Source of the DNA: an uncultured delta proteobacterium
GTDB lineage: Bacteria; Desulfobacterota; Desulfomonilia; UBA1062
Direction: 5' to 3'
DNA: 64,000 nucleotides
Assembly: GCA_963785235.1 (NCBI GenBank)
Contig: CAWAUM010000011.1
Location: 96,001-160,000 of the forward strand
Shown: piece by piece, positions 23,413 through 32,483 of the stretch
Numbering within the stretch: position 1 is the first letter of the stretch
Layout of the letters: each line of letters starts with the position of its first letter
Made by a program: the position numbers and the translations under genes
The notes under the pieces: generated by a model
What the model was told of the DNA's origin: nothing
Databases searched by the model: none
Seen by the model: the letters and a program-made list of their open reading frames with translations, nothing else

Positions 23413-24637
23413 CCAAGATCTCCCGTATCCTTTTTTCTACCCCTGTGTCCCCAGGGGTGTAAAACGCTGCCTTGGGCAGATTTTCCGGCATATAGTCGAG
23501 TGTCAACGCACCGGCGGGGTCATCATGCGCATAGATGTACCCTTCTGAATAGCCGAGCTCTTTCATGAGCCGAGTAGGGGCGTTTCTCAGGTAAAGAGGA
23601 ATCGACGGCGTTCCGGTCTTCCGGATCAGGTCCGCAACCCTTTTTTCAGCCATATATACGGCGTTGCTCTTGGGGGCGCAGGCAAGGTATATGGCTGCCT
23701 CATAGAGTGCGATATCCCCTTCCGGGCTGCCAACAAAGGTGAAGGCATCCTTGGCGCTGGTGGCGATGCGCAACGCATTGGGGTCTGCCATGCCGATGTC
23801 TTCACAGGCGAGACGGATCATGCGTCTCAAGATAAAGAGCCTGTCTTCGCCTGCCTCCATCATCCTGCCGAGCCAGTAGATGCTTGCGTCCACATCGCTC
23901 GCCCGAACGCTCTTATGGAAGGCGCTTATGAGGTCATAATGGTTCTCGCCGGAGCGGTCATGATAGAGCGGCCGGTCCATAAGACCTTTCAGGTCTTCGA
24001 GTTCTATCTGTTCCTTATCGATGTTCGTAATCACAAGCTCCAGCAGATTCAATGCGGCACGGGCATCTCCGTCAGCCGCCCTGGCCATGGCGGCCAGGCA
24101 TTCTGCCGATAGGGTCTTCTTCTGGGATTTGATGAGGGTGTCCTGGTTGACGGCGCGTTTGAGGATTTCCTCGATAACACCGGTACTCAAGGCCTTGAGC
24201 ACGATCACCTGGGTTCTGGACATGAGCGGTGAGGTAATGGCGAACGATGGATTCTCGGTGGTGGCGCCGATGAGGATGATATTGCCATTTTCCACAAAGG
24301 GCAGCAACGCATCCTGCTGCACCCTTGTGAACCGGTGGATCTCGTCTATGAAGACGATGGGCTTCTTTTCGCTCTGTGCCGCCGTACCGGTCACGCGGCG
24401 GATTTCCTGGACGCCTCCGGTAATGGCGCTGATGGTGAAGAAGGAATCCGGATACATGCGCTCGATAATGCTTGCCACGCTTGTCTTTCCGGAGCCTGGC
24501 GGACCCCAGAGCATGGCCGAGCGAAGATTCCCTTTTGAATAGTCCTTCAGCAGTGTTCCGGCATCATCCTGTCCCAGGAGGTCGTCCACACTCGATGGTC
24601 TTACCCTGAACGCAAGGGGTGGCAGCTGTTTCGGCAT
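23351..24637 (-). CDS. rarA: Replication-associated recombination protein A
   Basis: Motifs PLAFRVRP, WGPPGSGKT, FIDEIHRF, GATTENP, HYDLISAFHKSVR and EDIG. Confidence 0.95.
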   Translation of the reverse strand: MPKQLPPLAFRVRPSSVDDLLGQDDAGTLLKDYSKGNLRSAMLWGPPGSGKTSVASIIERMYPDSFFTISAITGGVQEIRRVTGTAAQSEKKPIVFIDEIHRFTRVQQDALLPFVENGNIILIGATTENPSFAITSPLMSRTQVIVLKALSTGVIEEILKRAVNQDTLIKSQKKTLSAECLAAMARAADGDARAALNLLELVITNIDKEQIELEDLKGLMDRPLYHDRSGENHYDLISAFHKSVRASDVDASIYWLGRMMEAGEDRLFILRRMIRLACEDIGMADPNALRIATSAKDAFTFVGSPEGDIALYEAAIYLACAPKSNAVYMAEKRVADLIRKTGTPSIPLYLRNAPTRLMKELGYSEGYIYAHDDPAGALTLDYMPENLPKAAFYTPGDTGVEKRIREILDARQKAKQTGPGPYRKSTKQ

Positions 24638-24909
24638 AAAGGGATATATAGCATAAAACCGTCCATGAAAGGAAAAAGAGAAAACCTTATTTTTTATCCT
24701 TATGTGATTCCGGAACCTGACGATACAATTAAATAGGTTCTTCAAGATTCATTCCCCATAGAACCTCCTCATTTTGCAGGCCAACGCGGCCTGCATTTTT
24801 TTTGCCCTGACGAAAGGCATGGGGATACGGGTTTAGGATCATGGCATTCACTAGGTATGTAGAGGCTCAGATCCTTACACCTGGTCCCATATGCCTGACA
24901 CCTTATACC

Positions 24910-24939
24910 TTGACAAACCTTCTTCTTTGATTGTAGAAG
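24910..24939 (+). promoter_or_regulatory. Putative sigma70 promoter for tRNA-fMet
   Basis: TTGACA at 24910 and a TAGAAG -10-like hexamer 18 bp later, just upstream of the tRNA. Confidence 0.45.
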
Positions 24940-24950
24940 GCCTGGTGTGA

Positions 24951-25027
<77 letters not shown>

Positions 25028-25176
25028 TTTAATTATATCAATGAGTTACAGAGAAAATCAAAACTGCTGTTTCAGTGAATTCCGAGGCTTGACTTTTTTC
25101 TCTTGCGACCCCATATGTAATTTGACTGATTCATAGAGGCTATGGCATATAGTTATATCCTGTTATTGCTGCGGCA

Positions 25177-25271
25177 GTAAAGGGGAGTAGCTGAATCAGT
25201 GGACATCGTCAACACGGCAGAGATGCCCGGTGCCACTGGTTAGGGAATAACCTAACAAGCGAGACCTTTAC
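25177..25271 (+). ncRNA. yybP-ykoY (Mn2+) riboswitch aptamer
   Basis: Signature GTAAAGGGGAGTAG...CGTCAACACGG...GCGAGACCTTTAC with P1 pairing GTAAAGG/CCTTTAC. Confidence 0.88.
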
Positions 25272-25307
25272 CGTGATCGAGTACATCGCGGTAAAGGTCT
25301 TTTTTTT
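25262..25307 (+). terminator. Riboswitch expression-platform terminator
   Basis: AGACCTTTACCGTGAT-loop-ATCGCGGTAAAGGTCT followed by a T-run; overlaps the aptamer 3' strand. Confidence 0.85.
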
Positions 25308-25325
25308 AAGAAAGGAGGCACAGAC

Positions 25326-26174
25326 ATGAACATAATGAAAACGATGGTTCTTATGGTGGCACTGACATTGATGATGGTGTTCTTTGGCGGTTTGATGGGC
25401 GGAAAAACAGGAATGACCGTGGCACTCATCATGGCTTTCGGCATGAATTTTGTCACGTACTGGTTCAGTGACAAGATTGTGCTCAAGATGTACGGTGCCC
25501 AGCCCGTGACCGAGGCCGAAGCCCCGGAACTATACCGGATGATCGAAAAGCTTGCACAAAGGGCCTCACTTCCCATGCCGCGGCTCTATGTGATCGATGG
25601 TGACCAGCCCAATGCCTTTGCGACAGGCAGAAATCCGGAACATGGCGTGGTTGCGGTGACTAGGGGCATTATGCGGATCCTTTCACGCGAGGAGCTTGAA
25701 GGTGTCCTGGCACATGAACTGGCGCACATCAAACACCGGGATATCCTCATTGGCACGGTGGCAGCATCTGTCGCCGGTGCCATCAGCTACCTGGCACAGA
25801 TGGCGCAGTGGGCCATGATATTCGGCGGGCGCAGCGATGACGAAGGTGAGGGCGGTTCGGTTCTGTCTTCGCTTGTCATGATGATCGTCGGTCCGATTGC
25901 CGCCATGATCATCCAAATGGCCATCTCACGCTCGCGTGAATACGCCGCCGATGCCGGGGGGGCAAGGATAGCCGGTAATCCCATGTATCTTGCGAATGCC
26001 CTGCGTAAACTGCACATGGCCTCTCAACGGATACCCATGAATGCAAACCCGGCCACTGCACATATGTTCATAGTGAATCCTCTGAGCGGTGGGGGGCTCA
26101 TGAAGCTCTTCAGCACACATCCGCCCATGGAAGAGCGTATTGCCAGACTGGAATCAATGCGACCGGAGGCATAA
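25326..26174 (+). CDS. htpX: Zinc metalloprotease HtpX
   Basis: Motifs [32 protein letters not shown] and LFSTHPP; RBS AAGGAGG. Confidence 0.95.
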   Translation: MNIMKTMVLMVALTLMMVFFGGLMGGKTGMTVALIMAFGMNFVTYWFSDKIVLKMYGAQPVTEAEAPELYRMIEKLAQRASLPMPRLYVIDGDQPNAFATGRNPEHGVVAVTRGIMRILSREELEGVLAHELAHIKHRDILIGTVAASVAGAISYLAQMAQWAMIFGGRSDDEGEGGSVLSSLVMMIVGPIAAMIIQMAISRSREYAADAGGARIAGNPMYLANALRKLHMASQRIPMNANPATAHMFIVNPLSGGGLMKLFSTHPPMEERIARLESMRPEA

Positions 26175-26253
26175 GGGTAGGGGGTTAACCTGGCGAGATC
26201 CTAATCGATCCCATGCCCGCCACACTCTGTAATGAAGGAGATCACGTAGCACT

Positions 26254-26670
26254 ATGAGGCCCAAAACCAGAGATAGGCTGATAATCTGCGGGGAAGTCGG
26301 TTTGTTTGCAATCGTTCTCTTTGTTTTATGGCTTGATGAGTTCATTGATCTCCCCCATCTTTTTTTCGGAGCACCTTCGAAACCATTCAGGCTAGAGGAG
26401 TTTTTAATCGAGACTGTCTCAATTCTTATTGTTGCGGCAATCGTCATCGCCGTAACCTTTTTTATTCAGTATAGATCCAGGAGGATCGAGCAATTCTTGA
26501 GGGTCTGTGCATGGTGCAGAAAGGTATGGATGGATGATAAATGGGTACGTTTTGAAGATTATATACAAAAGAGCCAGGCTCTGAGATCTAGCCATGGCAT
26601 CTGTGAAGAATGCCTTTCAAAACAGAATTCAAAGGCCAAGCACAAGGATGAGGATAAACAGCAGCCCTGA
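26254..26670 (+). CDS. Two-TM protein with C-terminal CxxC...SHGICxxC metal-binding domain
   Basis: Two hydrophobic segments followed by VCAWCRKV...SHGICEEC. Confidence 0.75.
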   Translation: MRPKTRDRLIICGEVGLFAIVLFVLWLDEFIDLPHLFFGAPSKPFRLEEFLIETVSILIVAAIVIAVTFFIQYRSRRIEQFLRVCAWCRKVWMDDKWVRFEDYIQKSQALRSSHGICEECLSKQNSKAKHKDEDKQQP

Positions 26671-26835
26671 TACCCGAAGCTGAAGGAGAACCTGTCAGCT
26701 GTCTCTCTGGCTGTTGTCAATAATGACCAGTACAATCCTCACTTGATAATCAACGAAAATGGCTGATCTCGAACTTAACTTGTGGTACAAATAGTATAGG
26801 AAAATAAGTGATAAGTATAATTGAAGGAGGAAATT

Positions 26836-27333
26836 ATGTCCAAATCAGAAGATGCGTTGAAAGAAGCTTTTGCCGGAGAATCACAGGCAAACCGAAAATA
26901 TCTGGCTTTTGCGGTTAAGGCCGATCAGGAAGGATTTCCGCAGGCGGCAAAATTGTTTCGGGCAGCCGCTGAAGCAGAAACAGTTCACGCCCATGCCCAT
27001 TTACGGGCATTAAAAGGAATTCGATCCACCAAGGAAAACTTGCAGGAGGCGATAGCCGGAGAAACTCACGAGTTTAAAAGCATGTATCCGGGAATGATTG
27101 AAGCGGCGAAGGTTGAAGGCAATAAAGAGGCCGAGCGATCTTTTAATTTTGCCAACGAAGTGGAGAAAATTCATGCCCGGCTCTATCAGCAAATGCTTGA
27201 TAATATGGAAAGTGCAAAAGAATCTTACAGCTATTATGTATGTCCGGTATGTGGATATACTTCAGAGAAGGAGGCGCCGGAGACTTGTCCTGTATGCGGG
27301 GCTAAAGGAAAGATGTTTAAAAAAGTTGATTAA
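26836..27333 (+). CDS. rbr: Rubrerythrin
   Basis: Motifs AFAGESQANRKYLAFA, ETVHA and EKIH; C-terminal CPVCGY...CPVCG rubredoxin domain. Confidence 0.95.
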   Translation: MSKSEDALKEAFAGESQANRKYLAFAVKADQEGFPQAAKLFRAAAEAETVHAHAHLRALKGIRSTKENLQEAIAGETHEFKSMYPGMIEAAKVEGNKEAERSFNFANEVEKIHARLYQQMLDNMESAKESYSYYVCPVCGYTSEKEAPETCPVCGAKGKMFKKVD

Positions 27334-27348
27334 AAGATAGTGTGGATG

Positions 27349-27371
27349 CCGGGGGCTAAACACCCCCGGCT
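27349..27371 (+). terminator. GC hairpin after rbr
   Basis: GCCGGGGG-ctaaaca-CCCCCGGC; the U-tract is weak. Confidence 0.5.
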
Positions 27372-27586
27372 ACCCCATTTGGGAATATCGTAAAAGGGGC
27401 TGCAGAGTTCAAATTACTATAAGAACCCTCCCGGTCGGATATGGTGAGCCGGGATTTGAGTTTTCTGGCCTCGATGTGGTGCACCACATGCATCACCTTC
27501 AGAACCATGCATGCATGCCTCTTCTATGGACCCGCCTCGCAGAACCAGGCGCGCCCGTTCGATCTCACCCAGTGATAACTTGACGA

Positions 27587-30295
27587 TCACGGCAGGCCCC
27601 TTCTTTCCCTCCTGCGGACAAAGAACTTCTCAATACCCACTACCACCATTATCAGGGAAGCCGCGGCAAGAATGCGAACCCAGGAATCGAGGCCGATGGG
27701 TCTGCTGTGAAAGGCGGTGTTCATGGCAGGCACATAGGTGAAGAGCAGCTGAAGGATGAACATTAGACCAGCCCCGCCGAACACCGAGAGATTGGAGAAG
27801 AACCCCACCTCGAAAACGGATTTCGTGAGAGACCGGCAGTTGAAAAGGTACATGAGTTCGCCCATGACGAACACGTTCACCGCCACGGTCCTGGCCTCTG
27901 CTATGCCTGTACCGCTGGATAATTCATACTCGAAGAGCCCGAATGCACCCAGAAGCAGCAGGAAACCCACGATGGCGATCCGCCATATGAGCGTGCGGGT
28001 GAGGATGGGCTCTTTCGGGTCGCGCGGCGCCCTCTTCATGATGCCCGGCTCCTTGGGTTCGAACACCAGCATGAGGCCCAGCAGCACGGCCGTAGTCATG
28101 TTGATCCACAGGATCTGCACCGGCAGGATGGGCAGGGTCACCCCCGCGAATATGGCCGCCAGGATCACCAGACCCTCGCCGATGTTTGTGGGCAGGGTCC
28201 AGACGATGAACTTGGTGAGGTTGTCGAAGGTTCCCCTGCCTTCCTCCACCGCCGCCTCGATGGATGCGAAGTTGTCGTCGGTGAGCACCATGTCCGAGGC
28301 CTCCTTGGCCACGTCCGTGCCCGTGATGCCCATGGCCACGCCGATATTGGCCCGCTTCAGGGCGGGCGCGTCGTTCACCCCGTCGCCGGTCATGGCCACG
28401 ATGTTTCCCCTTGCCTGCAGGGCCTCCACCAGGCGGAGCTTCTGCTCGGGGGCCACCCGGGCAAACACCGATACGTCCTCCACGATATCGATGATCTCAG
28501 CGTCGCTGATGCTGCCAGCTCCCTGCCGGTGACAACCTTCCCTGCATTGTGCAGGCCGATCCTGGCTGCGATGGCCGAGGCGGTGAGCGCATGGTCGCCG
28601 GTGATCATCTTCACGTGGATGCCGGCACTGTGGCAGTTCCTGCACCGCTTCGACGGCCTCGTTCCGGGGCGGGTCGATCATCCCCTGCAGCCCCAGGAAG
28701 GTCAGCCCCGAGGCGATATCCTTGTGGTCGATCTTTTCCCTGCCGTCCTCAATGGCCTTCCGGGCAAAGGCAAGCACCCTGAGCCCTTTGGCGGCCATGG
28801 CGTCCACGGCCGCGTGGATGGCCGCAGTATCCAGATCAACTGGAGAGCCCTGCGGGTCCAGGGCCGAGGTGCAGCGCTCCAGCAGCGCCTCGACCGATCC
28901 CTTGACAAACGCCACGGCGGTCCTCCCCGGCAGATCGCCATGCAGGGTGGCCATGTACTGGTGGTGCGATTCAAAGGGGATGGTGTCGAGACGCCTGAAC
29001 CGGGCACTCTCCTGCTCCATGAAAAGGCCGGCCTTTGCCGCTGCGGCAATGAGGGCCCCCTCGGTGGGGTCGCCCTGCACGGTGAGGCGCTCCTCCTTTT
29101 CCACGAGCAGGCTGTCGTTGCACAGCAGGCCGCACCTGAGTGTCTCCATGAGAGCCTCGGACAGAGGGCCGTCTGATTGAGCGTCTGCACGGACGATCTC
29201 GCCCTCAGACGCATAGCCGGTACCGCTCACCGTATATGCATCACTGCCGGCAGCGATCTCCTGGACCGTCATCTGGTTCTCGGTGAGCGTGCCTGTCTTG
29301 TCCGAGCAGATGACCGTGGTGCTGCCCAGGGTCTCCACGGCCGGCAGCTTGCGGATGATGGCCCGCCTCCTGGCCATGCGCGCCACGCCGATGGCGAGCG
29401 TGATGGTCATGGCTGCGGGCAGGCCCTCAGGGATGGCGCCCACGGCAAGGGCCACGGCTGCCATGAACATCTCGAAGGCACTCTGGCCTCTCAGCATACC
29501 CACCGCAAAGGTGGCCAGCGGCAAGCCCCAGGATCAGGTAGAGCAGGATCCTGCTGAATTCCGCGATCTTCTGAAGAAGCGGGGTCTCGAGTTCTTCGGT
29601 GGAAGAGATAAGCTCCGAGATGCGGCCCACCTCCGTGTTGTCGCCGATGGCCACCACCACGCCCGAAGCCTGTCCGTAGGTGACCAGGGCCGAGCCGTAG
29701 ACCATGTTCTTCCGGTCGGCCAGGATCGTATCGTGGGGAAGCTGCGCTGTGTCCTTCTCAACGGCCACGGACTCCCCGGTGAGCGCCGACTCGTCCACCT
29801 GCAGGTCCCGGGCAGGCGATCAGGCGCATATCCGCAGGGACCTTGTCTCCCGGACTGGAGCAGGACAATGTCGCCCGGCACCACCTCGGCAGAGGATATC
29901 CTCGTCTTTGCTCCCGAGCGCACGACCGTCGCTTCGGTGACCATGGTCTTTGCCAGGGCCTCCATGGCCTTGACCGCCTTGGCCTCCTGGATGAAGCCTA
30001 TGATCGCATTGACTATCACAACACCGAAGATGACCCCGGCGTCCACCCATTCCTGGAGCAGGGCCGTGATGAGCCCGGCCGCCAGAAGGATATAGACCAG
30101 GGGCTGGTGGAACTGCAGGAGAAACCGGAGCAGGGGGCTCTTGCCCTTCTTAGTGGTCAGGACATTATAACCGAAGCGCTCGCGCCGGTGGTTGATTTCG
30201 AAGAGGTCAAGGCCCCGCTCACGATCGCTTTCCAGGAGATCGACCACCTCGTCGGCTGGCAGGTAGTGCCAGTGTTTCCCGATCAGTTTATCCAT
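27587..30295 (-). CDS. Cation-transporting P-type ATPase (type IIA, Ca2+/Mn2+-like), several frameshifts
   Basis: Motifs [41 protein letters not shown] and ILWINM, distributed over several frames. Confidence 0.92.
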
Positions 30296-30348
30296 GACGT
30301 TCCTTTTAGCCCAGTGTTTTGAAACCAGCGACGTTCTCAATCTCTTCT

Positions 30349-30371
30349 GAGTAACTTCAAAAAAGTTACTC
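30349..30371. promoter_or_regulatory. Perfect palindrome upstream of the P-type ATPase (candidate operator)
   Basis: GAGTAACTT-caaaa-AAGTTACTC, about 55 bp upstream of the ATG. Confidence 0.45.
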
Positions 30372-30422
30372 TATGAGAAAGCGCCGTCCAGGCGGTGTGG
30401 GACGCTATTTATTTACGTATCC

Positions 30423-30620
30423 TTAACCGGCAATACGCTTAACGGACTTGTCAGCAATTAGGTCGTTCAGTTCCTGCATCAGCACTCGTTCATGCGCATC
30501 AATCACACCGTCAGCATGGATCAACTCAAAGATCTCTTCGTACTCTGAGTTCGTGATAACATGGTCATCAATGGCTTTCTTAATGATCTCTTCAAGTTTT
30601 TTTCCGCTCTTGGTAAGCAT
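30423..30620 (-). CDS. Small acidic TerB-like protein
   Basis: RBS GGAGG; the repeated AIDDHVIT..E / HADGVIDAHE motif is typical of TerB-like helical hairpins. Confidence 0.7.
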   Translation of the reverse strand: MLTKSGKKLEEIIKKAIDDHVITNSEYEEIFELIHADGVIDAHERVLMQELNDLIADKSVKRIAG

Positions 30621-30892
30621 CTACCTTCCTCCATGCGCAGTCTGTATTGTTTGCAGCAAATTATCATATCTCACCATCTTTTTCCAGAAATTTCAATAGA
30701 TAACATGCCATCCACATGCCCTGATGTTGAGCGCCCGTGAAGCATAGATCTTGACTCAAGAAGCAGCTCTTATCGGACCTAAAAGGTTTGGTGCCACCAT
30801 AAACTAGTACAGCTGACCGGTTGGCTTCATCAATACAGGGTTTATTGTATAATTGCAGGGGGAACAGGTATTGATTGGCAAATCCCGGTCTT

Positions 30893-30987
30893 TGCCATTC
30901 TGACAATCTTAGCAGTGCCCCTGAGGTCATTTTGTCATTTTGTACCCACCCACATCCTTGCAGGGAGCTTTTTTTGCCAAAATGACA
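30893..30987. promoter_or_regulatory. Candidate enhancer (bEBP UAS) sites
   Basis: TGCCA-TTC-TGACA (30893), GGTCA-TTT-TGTCA (30925) and TGCCA-AAA-TGACA (30975), upstream of a sigma54 promoter. Confidence 0.55.
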
Positions 30988-31022
30988 ATTCCAGGAAAGG
31001 CCATTACATGAATGTTTTATGA

Positions 31023-31035
31023 TATCAATAAGTTA
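31023..31035 (+). promoter_or_regulatory. IHF site
   Basis: TATCAATAAGTTA is an exact WATCAANNNNTTR match between the UAS and the -24 element. Confidence 0.6.
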
Positions 31036-31050
31036 TAAGTTGCCAGAACC

Positions 31051-31065
31051 TGGCACGCCCCTTGC
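31051..31065 (+). promoter_or_regulatory. Sigma54 -24/-12 promoter
   Basis: TGGCAC-GCCCC-TTGC, a consensus match. Confidence 0.85.
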
Positions 31066-31112
31066 CTTATATGAAGTAGAAAGAAAAAAAGAAACCCCAG
31101 GAGGGCAAGACA

Positions 31113-31289
31113 ATGATGACATTATGGATCGTAATCGGCGCACTGTTCATGACCGGCATAGGGATCAGGTTCACCTACAAGGTATTGGGACTCACCCCGG
31201 TAGAAGCAAGCGCGGTATTCGTCCTGGTGGTCGCCCTGGTAACCATCAACACCGGCCCGGCACGTGAGATCCTCATGAGCCTGTTCTAA
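31113..31289 (+). CDS. 58-aa two-TM membrane protein (not in the ORF track)
   Basis: RBS AGGAGG; MMTLWIVIGALFMTGIGIRFTYKVLGLTPVEASAVFVLVVALVTINTGPAREILMSLF; similar to the 32154-32429 product. Confidence 0.8.
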   Translation: MMTLWIVIGALFMTGIGIRFTYKVLGLTPVEASAVFVLVVALVTINTGPAREILMSLF

Positions 31290-31329
31290 GGCAGGACTCA
31301 GATAGAAAAAAAGGATAAGGAGGAAGGCC

Positions 31330-31569
31330 ATGAAGACAAAGAAAGAAAAGATCGAAAAGGCACTGGCCAACAGGCTCAGCAGGATAAGCGCATACAGCCT
31401 GGTGCTCGTTATGATGACCTTCCTCGGACTCTACGGCGGCATGTATCTGGACAGGGTTCTCGGCATGGCACCCAACTTCACGATGGTAGGACTGGTGGCC
31501 GGCATAGCACTGGGCTTCAAGGGGTTCATCGAAGAGGTCGTGATCGAGAGAAAGGTAAAGAGGGCATAG
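31330..31569 (+). CDS. AtpZ/AtpI-family small membrane protein
   Basis: GLYGGMYLDRVLGMAPNFTMVGLVAGIALGF matches the G..LD...T.P.F...G...G pattern; RBS AAGGAGG. Confidence 0.8.
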   Translation: MKTKKEKIEKALANRLSRISAYSLVLVMMTFLGLYGGMYLDRVLGMAPNFTMVGLVAGIALGFKGFIEEVVIERKVKRA

Positions 31570-31571
31570 CC

Positions 31572-31676
31572 ATGACAGTCATCTTTGTAATTGTTGGCTT
31601 CACGGCATTCCTGGCCCTGACTGCACGGTTCGTGAAACGCGCAGGGCATGCTGCCAGGGCAGCGCAGATCCGGTAA
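31572..31676 (+). CDS. Putative 34-aa single-TM small protein
   Basis: MTVIFVIVGFTAFLALTARFVKRAGHAARAAQIR starts 2 nt after the previous stop and ends before the terminator. Confidence 0.5.
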   Translation: MTVIFVIVGFTAFLALTARFVKRAGHAARAAQIR

Positions 31677-31727
31677 TCGAACAGGCCTCCAGCGAACTTC
31701 CTCCCCGGGAACGATCCATATCACACA

Positions 31728-31757
31728 CCACGGCCCCGAAAGGGTCGTGTTTTTTTA
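31728..31757 (+). terminator. Intrinsic terminator of the left mini-operon
   Basis: CACGGCCCC-GAAA-GGGTCGTG followed by TTTTTTT. Confidence 0.8.
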
Positions 31758-31857
31758 TTCAACTGATTATCCTGCGAGAAGCAACGGGCCGCCTTGAGGG
31801 CGACCCGCATTCGTGATGTAGGCTGCCGGATTGTAACCCGGCTTTCTTGAGTATCGA

Positions 31858-32121
31858 CTAGGACTGGTATCTGACCCTGCGGTTGTTCAACTCATCTTTG
31901 GCCTTTGTGTAGTCCGTGAACATCCGTGCAAAGCACAATCCCATGCCCAGCACAAACAAACCAAGCATGAAGGTCGGTTCCGTATTGAACTTCACATCGA
32001 TCCACCGGCCTGCGAACAGGAACAGGAACGAGGAGATAACCAGGGTGAAGCTCCATGCGCTCAGCAGGATGATCTGATTCAGCGTCTTGGTCTGGAGTCT
32101 GTTTCTTCGTACCCTTTTCAT
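31858..32121 (-). CDS. AtpZ/AtpI-family small membrane protein (second copy)
   Basis: AGRWIDVKFNTEPTFMLGLFVLGMGL pattern; RBS GGAGG. Confidence 0.8.
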   Translation of the reverse strand: MKRVRRNRLQTKTLNQIILLSAWSFTLVISSFLFLFAGRWIDVKFNTEPTFMLGLFVLGMGLCFARMFTDYTKAKDELNNRRVRYQS

Positions 32122-32153
32122 GGCCTCCCCTCCTTTTTTTATTGATAATCTTC

Positions 32154-32429
32154 TCAGCTGATCATGCCTTTAACTGCTTCAAGGACCGGAGCAGTGAACA
32201 AGGCCACGAGCACGGCATACAGTGCGAAAGATCCGATTGCCTCACTGATATAAATCTTCTCATAGCGATACTTCAAAGAAATGATGGTGAGCCCGCCCAT
32301 GATCAGACAACCAAGGTGGAAGTACGGTAAGCTGTTGCCGCCGGAAACTGCTGTTGCTGCAAAAGCAAACGTACCAGTGATCATTACCACGAACATTGCT
32401 ACGATTATTGTCTGGATTGTCCTTTTCAT
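32154..32429 (-). CDS. 91-aa membrane protein with signal-like leader, paralogue of 31113-31289
   Basis: RBS GGAGG; leader ...TFAFA|A followed by two hydrophobic segments ending SEAIGSFALYAVLVALFTAP. Confidence 0.8.
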   Translation of the reverse strand: MKRTIQTIIVAMFVVMITGTFAFAATAVSGGNSLPYFHLGCLIMGGLTIISLKYRYEKIYISEAIGSFALYAVLVALFTAPVLEAVKGMIS

Positions 32430-32468
32430 TGTCTGACCTCCACTTTGTTTTTTTATACTATTTATAAG

Positions 32469-32483
32469 GCATACATTGTGCCA
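32469..32483 (-). promoter_or_regulatory. Sigma54 -24/-12 promoter
   Basis: Minus strand TGGCAC-AATGT-ATGC, followed by CTTAT as in the left promoter; 40 bp upstream of the ATG. Confidence 0.8.

Noticed and set aside
26790-26825. Possible Fur/PerR box before rubrerythrin
   Set aside because: AT-rich with GATAA half-sites but no convincing palindrome.
30768-30780. CTCTTATCGGAC matching the right half of the lox-like site, or a sigma28 -10
   Set aside because: Only a half-site, with no partner arm and no properly spaced -35.
31019-31267. 82-aa ORF from the track overlapping the sigma54 promoter
   Set aside because: It has no RBS and runs through the promoter; the 58-aa ORF in another frame has an RBS, TM character and a paralogue.
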